Part shown: in pieces, positions 55,322-64,000 of the stretch
How the letters are laid out: every line of letters begins with the position of its first letter
Numbering within the stretch: position 1 is the first letter of the stretch
Origin: Eledone cirrhosa
Taxonomy: Eukaryota
Length of the DNA: 64,000 nucleotides
Assembly: GCA_964016885.1 (NCBI GenBank)
Contig: OZ024742.1
Location: 21,638,001 to 21,702,000, forward strand
Reading direction: 5' to 3'
Made by a program: the position numbers and the translations under genes
The notes under the pieces: model-generated
What the model was told of the DNA's origin: nothing
The model's database searches: none
Seen by the model: only the letters and a program-made list of their open reading frames with translations

Positions 55322-55984
55322 TGTTTGTTTTACTGTTTCAAATAAGAACCCATGTAACATTCGATTAAGAACGACTCACTATATATTGAAGTAAATTTCT
55401 GTTTTAAAGACAAATCAATAGACATTGAAAGTAAGACAAACCAATTATACTCCCTGTGGTGAAAGGCCATTTGCCCTATACTCCTGTCGAGCCGTGTAAA
55501 TCAAATGATGGAAATATATTCAAAACATATCGTGCGAACTTTCCAACGTTTAATCATATGGAAATGTGTTAATTGTGTTTATCAACATGGTCTAATGTGT
55601 AAACAGAAAGGTTTGTCTCGTAGGAATTATGCCCTGGGTTCAATCTCACAGAGGTTATCTTTAGCAGATGTTATTTACTATTGCCTCGAGAGATCATGTA
55701 CCATTTGAGTGAAATTCAGAAAATTGAATTCTTTAGAAGTCGTCGGAAGGAATGTACTTATAATTAAAACAACCAACCTTGTCCCATACTGCGTCACACT
55801 GAATCTCCCTTAGAATTGTGTTAGCTATGTGCGTCTGCGGAACGCTCAGTTACTTAAATATTAATTTCATGAGCAGTCTGTTCTGTTGGAACACTCATTT
55901 TCAAAACTGACGGAGATCCATAAATCAAGCGACTCTGTCTCTGCGAGTCACATGAACTATGGTGCTACACAAATGAAATTAGAA

Positions 55985-56176
55985 TAATTGTTTCTACTTT
56001 TGGCACAAGGCCAGCAATTACCCAGTGCATTACTGGTACTTTATTTTATCGACCCCGTAAGGATGAGAGGTAAAGTTAACCTCGGCGGGATTTGAACTCA
56101 GAATGGTAAGGACCGTAACTCTATGCGTCAAAGCATGGCGTCCGACCCTCTACCGATACTGCCAATCCACCGCCCT
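55985..56176 (-). mobile_element. tRNA-derived SINE with target duplication
   Basis: TGAAATTAGAATAAT / TGAAATTATAATAAT flanks. Confidence 0.88.
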
Positions 56177-56601
56177 GAAATTATAATAATGTTATTTATA
56201 GTGTGAGCTTGACGAATGAAAATGTTTGACATCAATTTCTAAGACGTCATATCTGTTTTTTAGTTATGTTACAATGAAGTCATCTAGTCTCTGACATGCT
56301 TCGCTAATAACAGGTATAAGATTTACAACAAATTATACACATGTTGTAGTAGAAAGTATCTCATCTAAGATAATTTGCTTAAAACTAATGGTTTCGCAAC
56401 GCCAACAATCTTTAGGAGGGTAAAGTTGATTAAATCAACCTCAGTGCGTTACTTGTACTTTATTTTATCAACCACCTCAGGATGAAATGCAAAACTAAGC
56501 TCCGTGGAGTCTGAACTCAGAATGTAAAGAGACGTACCTATATGACACCAAGCATGGTATGTGATGCTCCACCGATCTTCCTATCGACCGCTCTTCAAAA
56601 T

Positions 56602-56790
56602 AATTATTTCTACTATTGGCACAAAGCCAGCAATTATCCCAGTGCATTACTGGTACTTTATTTTATCGACCCCGTAAGGATGAAAGGCAAAGTTAACCTC
56701 GGCGGGATTTGAACTCAGACCTTAAAGGGACGTAACTCTTTGCTGCAAAGCATGGCGTCTGACACTCTACCGATACTGCCAATCCACCGC
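56602..56790 (-). mobile_element. tRNA-derived SINE with target duplication, next to an older copy (56415-56590)
   Basis: ACCGCTCTTCAAAATAAT on both sides. Confidence 0.88.
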
Positions 56791-57506
56791 TCTTCAAAAT
56801 AATAAAAAGGTTTCAGGAATAGAAGTGGTAGAATATGGGCGGAATAACTTGCACCATTTAGTCATATCATTTTGGGATCTACATCCTCTAACCCTGTCAT
56901 AATCAATGTTGGCTATTAGCATTTCTGTGTAGATAAAACATATACCAGTAATTAATCTATTAATTGAGCAGTGTCTTCCTCAAAGTGCATGCTTCCAAAG
57001 CGGGAAATATTTATTTTGTAAATATAAATCAATATTTCTATAATAAAGAATATCAAGAGCAGCAACAATACCAGAGGAACGACAGACATGAGAATACATA
57101 TTTAACGTGTTTCACATATTAATAAGCTCAAGTTAATATGAACGCTTAATAAAAGATCTAACAATGTTATTGTGAATTGGAACGAAGAATGTCTAGTAAA
57201 TAGATATTTAGTTAACAGAGTTAATATATAATATTAATAATTCGGGGTGATTAATAACAGGTGTAGTGTTAAAATCTCGATGTGGCTTCTTTTAGTCTTT
57301 CTTCAGTCATATAAGTATCATTTGAAAGTAGAAATGACGTCATAATTTAATTTCCGCTTCCAGACAAAGTCTGTTCTTTTTCTATAGATTATTGTCGATC
57401 AATTACAGTCAGATCAATTCCCTCATTACTCTTAGTTAGTCACAGAAATACACATACACACACACACATACACACAGGTATAAGTGAAAAGATCTATGGG
57501 TGTACA

Positions 57507-57564
<58 letters not shown>

Positions 57565-57655
57565 CATACATATATATATTTATATAGATATAGATATAGA
57601 TATATTTATATATAGTTGTGTGTGTGTATGTGTGTATGTGTGTGTGCTTGCGTGC

Positions 57656-57710
<55 letters not shown>

Positions 57711-57712
57711 TG

Positions 57713-57769
<57 letters not shown>

Positions 57770-58258
57770 AAACCTGTATATATTTCTATATATGGATATA
57801 TGGATGAGTATGTGTATATATGTTTGTGTACGAACATTTTAAATTTTAAATAAAAATATAGACGTCGCAATATAAAAATAAATATAGCGTGGGCTCTATG
57901 CATGACGATGATGCTCGGGTCGCCGACTTAGGATGACCCCTGCCTCATCTAGCAAGAGCGACAAGAAGGCAACATAAAAGAGTATAAAAAGAGATGATAT
58001 CTCTAGGAAACATTTACAATAATCAGTTAAATATGGTAAATTTGGCTCCAGGAGATATCTTTTGTTAATATCTACTTTAGATGCGCATAAATTCTCAGAG
58101 TGAGCACAATAAGATAACGAATATTATTTTAATATCTAAATGCAATGACGGATTGGTTATTTTCAGTATATATATTTGTTAATTCGCGCAGTATATAATA
58201 TATATATATATATATAATTCTGGCAATATTATTACACCTATATGAACCTCCCCAAGTA

Positions 58259-58332
<74 letters not shown>

Positions 58333-58550
58333 CATATGTATATATAGATACATATATAAATATACACATATATGCATATGTACATATACATATTCACATA
58401 TATACATATATACATACATATATGCACATGTATACATACATTCCGAAGCATAAAAGCATAAGTACATTATATGCACAAAAGTATATTTATATAAATATTT
58501 CTTTTCTTTCTTAATCCCTCTTTTTTCTTTCCTAATTTAGGATATAGATT

Positions 58551-58594
<44 letters not shown>

Positions 58595-60629
58595 CGTTAG
58601 TAACTGCCTCTATACAAATCTTGAGAAACTGGGCTTCACAGGAACAGAAAGAACACAACTAGTTAGGAAATTACAAGTACAATCCATTAGTGGAACAGTA
58701 AAAATATGAAAAACATTCCAAACATTCTGCATCTAATAACTGCATCTAATAACTGCATCTTCACCAAGCAAGCTTGGTTGGGATGCCGATTTAGTCGCCG
58801 ACGACCGGACTATACACATGTAAAGATACAAAGCACATGCACACATACAACTTAAAACATCCACATCCACACATACAATAATATCCATATCTACACATGC
58901 ATGCAGACATGCATAAATATCTAACTAGTTGATGTGAAAATTCCGAGGAGAGAGTCTTGTATCTATGTTAGAAACCGGCTCTTTCACTACTGGCAAAGAA
59001 TTGTGAAATTATAAAACCGGAAGAACATATATACATGTATGTATGAAGGCTGCAACTCAATTTCGAATAATGCCATCGCTTGATAGTCAAGCATGAGCAT
59101 CATGGATGTGGCTTTTTAGTTCTGCTGGGGACTTGCCAATGGCCAGCCATAAAATGTCACTTAACAAGCGATCCTTGTCCTTGAAGCTTTTTTAAGTGAG
59201 GAAAGGCTGTACACGGGGCCAATCCCACTCTCTGAACATCGAATGCATTTAACCAAAAAGTAGAATTGTTTTACTTCATTAGATGCAAACGAAGTTGCAG
59301 ATTTTATATCAGAGTGACCATCTCCTAGACAAATATCTTAATGAAGACTATGATTCTCTCACTCCACAAAACAAAAACTGCAGTGGATGGCCGTTGACTG
59401 ATGACGGGTTTTGTTTTACATCCCACAAGGTGTCAAAATACACCCTCTTCACCAAGCAAGCTTGGTTGGGATGCCGATTTAGTCGCCGACGACCGGACTA
59501 TACACAGGTTCTCTGGGTCACATGTTACCAGTAGCACTGGAGAGCGATCTGACATACATACATGCGTACATACATATATACTGGTATCGTAAGTGTCGGA
59601 CAAAACTCGTTGCCTATTTATTTCAGCTCATTACGTTCTGAGTTCAAATCCGCTCGAGGTTAATTTCCTTTCCTCTTTATGTACCAGTGACACACTAGGG
59701 ATCAATTTAATCGACATTCTACTTCTCTTCATATTGCTGTCCTTGTGCCAAACATAGAAACAATTAATACTAGAAAAATATGTTCAAAGACCAACTAGAC
59801 ATCAAAGAGGTTTTAATATCGTTAAGTGAATTTTAAATAGTTCAGCTTTGTGTAATAACTAAATAAACACCATAAAAAAGTCAAAAATTTTCCAACGATA
59901 TTGTGGTGAAATGAATCAATTATACATTCACCTAAATAGGTAAAGTTATCTAAACTAAATGGAACATTCCAGATACACAAGCTTCCAAGTGAGTAAATTT
60001 TACGAAGTTTAACTTATCTATTATTTATGTGAAATAAATTCACATAGGTTATCAAATTTATGTCACCACATAAAGCCATATATATATATGCAAGTATGTG
60101 TGTGCATATATAAATGCATGCATAGGTCATATATGTCCACAGAATATATGAGTGTTTCGAACCAACAGATTCATTTCGACAACAAAAGACTCTACCAGGA
60201 GCATAGCAAAAACAAAAGGAAATTATGTGGATTAGGTTTGGGAGAGGTGTAAGCAGCAGAGGAATCTGTCATCACATAATTAGTTAAAACTCTTATCACG
60301 GCCTGAATCATTGCTACAATTTAGTTTTAATTTTATCATTGGACATTTACGTATTGATAACTGCCAACACAAAGCGCCCCTATTTCCCTTCGATTACGCA
60401 TATGTCTGAAGTCTAAAATATGTCTGGTGCTCGGAGCCTCATCAGACCGTTACTTATCTCAGTTTCCGTGGCATGAAGAAACTGAGGGTACAAGACTTCA
60501 CCCTGCGTATACTGTTGTTGTTGTAACAGCTCACACCTAGGCAGGTTTAGCTGGCCTCCTCCAAGGTATATCTCGTCCGAGGTGTCTTGCTGGTTTTAAT
60601 GATAGGGACCCAGTCCTATCATCTCATTT

Positions 60630-60760
60630 CTGCAGTTGAGTAAACGGGAGCAACGTGAAATAAAGTGTCTTGCTCAAGGAAAAAACACATCACCCGGTCC
60701 GAGAATTGAACTCACAACCTTTCGATTGCAAGCCAATGCTCTAACCACTAAGCCATGCGT
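60630..60760 (-). mobile_element. CORE-type tRNA-derived SINE (second family)
   Basis: Minus strand: GCATGGCTTAGTGGTTAGAGCA...GAGTTCAATTC...CCTTGAGCAAGACACTT. Confidence 0.72.
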
Positions 60761-61817
60761 ATACTGGAGTGAAATGAAATGTTTTGCAAAGTGAAATGAA
60801 ATGTTTTGCTCAAGGGCACAACATGCACAACACGAATTGAACCCTTGAGATTATGATCTTAGACCCTCCCTTACCACTTGGCACCTCGATTAGGCATATG
60901 AATACCTAATAAAACATAATTCTATCTCATGTGGATTCGAACTCCTGTAAGGATTTTATTAGAAAAATGTCAACATCTATATACTGATGTGTTATGAACA
61001 TAACCTATATTCACGTTCTCCAGTTTGAACTGGGTTAAAAGGTTCTATATTATTGATAACCATTAAACAATATTGTCAGTTTAAATTAGAAAACTTCAGG
61101 ACAATGTTTAATGTATGCAATTATGTACTAAATAAGCAAACGGTGGTCCTAGACTCACTTTGAAATGTTTCTATTTATTTAACATTTGTAATATTTGCCA
61201 TGCCATTAAATAGATTTAGTATAAGTATGTAGTCTGTGCAGAATTGCTTTATATACATCATCTACGTTCGTTGCTCCCTCGCACGCTCCTTCTCACATTC
61301 TCTCTCTATCTTACTCTAGCCTCTCTCTTAATCTCTACGCTTTCTTTCCCCTCTCTCTCATAGTCTCTACACTCTCTCTTCGCCCCTTTCTATGTATATC
61401 TCACACAGTCGATCCCACGTAATGTCCTCAAATCTCTTTTAATTGATTTTGCTCCACACTTTTCTATCTATCTGTTTATTATTCCTTCACATACCCACTT
61501 CGTCTTTATATTCTATGCATACGTCTTTATATATATATATATATATATAAACGGAAAAAATGAAACGAAATTTCATTTCCCACTCTTAGTACGGCTGTTA
61601 CTTAAATATAAGTATGTACACGTACATACATATATGTATACAGACGTACAGTAGTATGTATATATATATATATACATACATGCACACATATATATATGTA
61701 CGTATGGATTCACCGAACATTTATTATAATGCTCGGTGTGTTTGTAAACAAACATCCCGTATTAAGCCGTAGTGTCTAGCAACCATCGTTGCTCGTTTGT
61801 TCAACACTGACAAAGGA

Positions 61818-61860
61818 ACGCTGTACTAGTTTCCAGCTTATTAGCTATCGTCAGCAACGT
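61818..61860 (-). ncRNA. Type I hammerhead
   Basis: Minus strand: ACGTTG CTGACGA TAGCT-aata-AGCTG GAAACTAGTA/CAGCGT. Confidence 0.87.
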
Positions 61861-62237
61861 ATACTTTCCTGCCAGATTGTTGAACGTATATACTTACCTT
61901 ATGCATATTAACGGCTGAGTAGCCCAATTTGCATATCTAGTGGGTTAATCGGCCGGGTGCACCGAAAACGATAAACGGAAAAAATGAAACGAAATTTCAT
62001 TTCCCACTCTTAGTACGACTGTTACTTAAATATAAGTATGTACACGTACATACATATATGTATACAGACGTACAGTAGTATGTATATATATATACATACA
62101 TGCACACATATATATATGTACGTATGGATTCACCGAACATTTATTATAATGCTCGGTGTGTTTGTAAACAAACATCCCGTATTAAGCCGTAGTGTCTAGC
62201 AACCATCGTTGCTCGTTTGTTCAACACTGACAAAGGA

Positions 62238-62280
62238 ACGCTATACTAGTTTCAAGCTTATTAGCTATCGTCAGCAACGT
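62238..62280 (-). ncRNA. Type I hammerhead
   Basis: Minus strand: ACGTTG CTGACGA TAGCT-aata-AGCTT GAAACTAGTA/TAGCGT. Confidence 0.85.
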
Positions 62281-62365
62281 ATACCTTCCTGCCAGATTGT
62301 TGAACGTATATACTTACCTTATGCATATTAACGTATATACGTTCAACAATCTGGCAGGAAGGTAT

Positions 62366-62408
62366 ACGTTGCTGACGATAGCTAATAAGCTTGAAACTAG
62401 TACAGCGT
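62366..62408 (+). ncRNA. Type I hammerhead
   Basis: ACGTTG CTGACGA TAGCT-aata-AGCTT GAAACTAGTA/CAGCGT. Confidence 0.87.
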
Positions 62409-63019
62409 TCCTTTGTCAGTGTTGAACAAACGAGCAACGATGTTGCTTGACACTACGGCTTAATACGGGATGTTTGTTTACAAACACACCGAGCACTATA
62501 ATAAATGTTCGGTGAATCCATACGTACATATATATGTGTGCATGTATGTATATATATATACATACTACTGTACGTCTGTATACATATATGTATGTACGTG
62601 TACATACTTATATATATATATATATATATACTATAAAACGAAAGGAGCTGTGTGGTTACTAAAAACAAGGTTTAGGATGGTGGTTGGGACGGAACAGGAG
62701 GAGAAAGGAAGAAAGGAGTTTCCATCGTCAGCTGTAAATGTTTCCTGAACCGATGTTTCCGCGCTGAATTACAGGACATCGGTGTAGTTCGGGTGCGCCC
62801 GAGGCCTTTTATTAATCAAAAGGCCAGGTGGAAAGGGAGAGAGAAAGAGAGAAAAAAACGGAGAGAGAAAAGAGAGAGAAAGGAGGAAGAACAGGGGTAG
62901 GGAGATGAGGAGAGAGTAAGAAGGGGAAAAAATAGGAAAGGAATAGAAGAAAAAAAGTGTACAGGTCCCGTCATGGGAAGACACAGGTGAAAGAAACATG
63001 CAAAAAAGTAACCGTGGAA

Positions 63020-63507
63020 AATCGGAAAAGGGGAAATCCGACGTGTGGCTTATGTATCGACGAACGAATAACTATCCTAAATAGATTACGCAATAGTGAT
63101 TGCCTAAACACGAGAAGTGAATTTTTCACACGTTGTCCACACGTCACCAAACGTCTATTGCATAACTACAAGGCTCCGGACTGGTTCTTTGTAATTATAT
63201 TTTTAATTTTTTTTAATTTTATTTTCAACCTAAAAACTTTCCGGACTTTCGCAGTTATCTCCCTTACACCTCCCCCCCCGCACGCAGTCTAGTATTGCCT
63301 GTGTGAAGTGACCGGGTTTCTGCGCATGCGCGTTTGCACGGTAGTCCTTCCTGTTCCTATAACTATACACATCCTGAGCTGAAGATCCGCGAAGGTGAAA
63401 CAATTGTTCGCGGTATGGTGAACTAACTGTTGTGTAACCACCTCTACCTAACTCGTCCCTTGGACTGAGTGCTCTACCACTACGGATATTACCTTCCAGT
63501 GTTCCAC

Positions 63508-63510
<3 letters not shown>
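63020..63510 (+). mobile_element. Extreme 3' end of a Penelope-like element with its pLTR
   Basis: CGLCIDERITIL...CLNTRSEFFTRCPH matches the PLE endonuclease C-terminus; HHR downstream; ends at (TA)n. Confidence 0.78.
63374..63413 (+). ncRNA. Minimal hammerhead in the pLTR (related copy 63952-63990, minus)
   Basis: CTGAG CTGAAGA TCC-gcgaa-GGT GAAACAATTGTT/CGCGG; the second copy has CTCAG after the site, completing the consensus stem I. Confidence 0.7.
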
Positions 63511-63543
<33 letters not shown>

Positions 63544-63581
63544 AGGAGGTTATAGTTCACTTGAAGCATTGTGTAATGAGG

Positions 63582-63907
63582 TATAAACGTTTGTATATGT
63601 ATAATAAAGCCAAAACAATGCAGGTATGGACATAGAATAAAGAATGCAAATGCAAAAGATATTGTTGACAATTAGTCTTTTACCTTAGATTTATTTAAAT
63701 GTCAGCATGACTTGGCAAGCTATTTAGAACACTGGTTTAACCGCTTTACTTCCCTCCGGAGAAGAGATATTATCTCGAAAATTAAGGACATTTAAATAAA
63801 TCTAAGGTAAAAGACTAATTGTCAACAATATCTTTTGCATTTGCATTCTTTATTCTATGTCCATACCTGCATTGTTTTCGCTTTATTATACATATACAAA
63901 CGTTTAT
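63582..63907. repeat. Fold-back (~120 bp near-perfect arms)
   Basis: TATAAACGTTTG...TAAATGTC is inverted at GACATTTA...CAAACGTTTATA. Confidence 0.9.
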
Positions 63908-64000
63908 ATATATATATATAGAAGTGGTTACACAACAGTTAGTTCACCATACTGAGAACAATTGTTTCATCTTAGCGAATCCTCAGTTCGTAATGGGCAT

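Larger units (their letters stand above)
61549..62610. mobile_element. Retrozyme-like array: ~1.9 head-to-tail ~420 nt units (minus) plus an inverted partial unit (plus)
   Basis: ACGGAAAAAATGAAACG at 61551 and 61975; inversion axis ~62335; three HHRs. Confidence 0.9.

Overview
AT-rich, microsatellite-saturated animal non-coding DNA. The tRNA-derived SINEs and (TA)n/(CA)n density resemble octopus/cephalopod genomes (inference). No host protein-coding gene is supportable, and most ORFs in the track are microsatellite translations. The real coding remnants are six Penelope-like element (PLE, Naiad-like RT + GIY-YIG) fragments, one R4/Dong-like RLE LINE 3' end, LINE fragments with a structured 5' end, and mariner relics. 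The main signal, found by reading the sequence, is about 30 type I hammerhead ribozyme (HHR) motifs on both strands, roughly one per 2 kb. They belong to more than ten distinct non-coding modules nested in (TA)n tracts, many as fold-back or partial-tandem insertions. Highlights: (1) a ~420-440 nt non-coding HHR-bearing unit with the same head-to-tail junction at three loci (retrozyme/circRNA-like); (2) a recurrent UUGANAA (U3-A8) core variant; (3) HHRs with ~90-105 nt stem II insertions; (4) fold-back axes placed right at the ribozyme. All folds were assigned by eye, and activity is untested.
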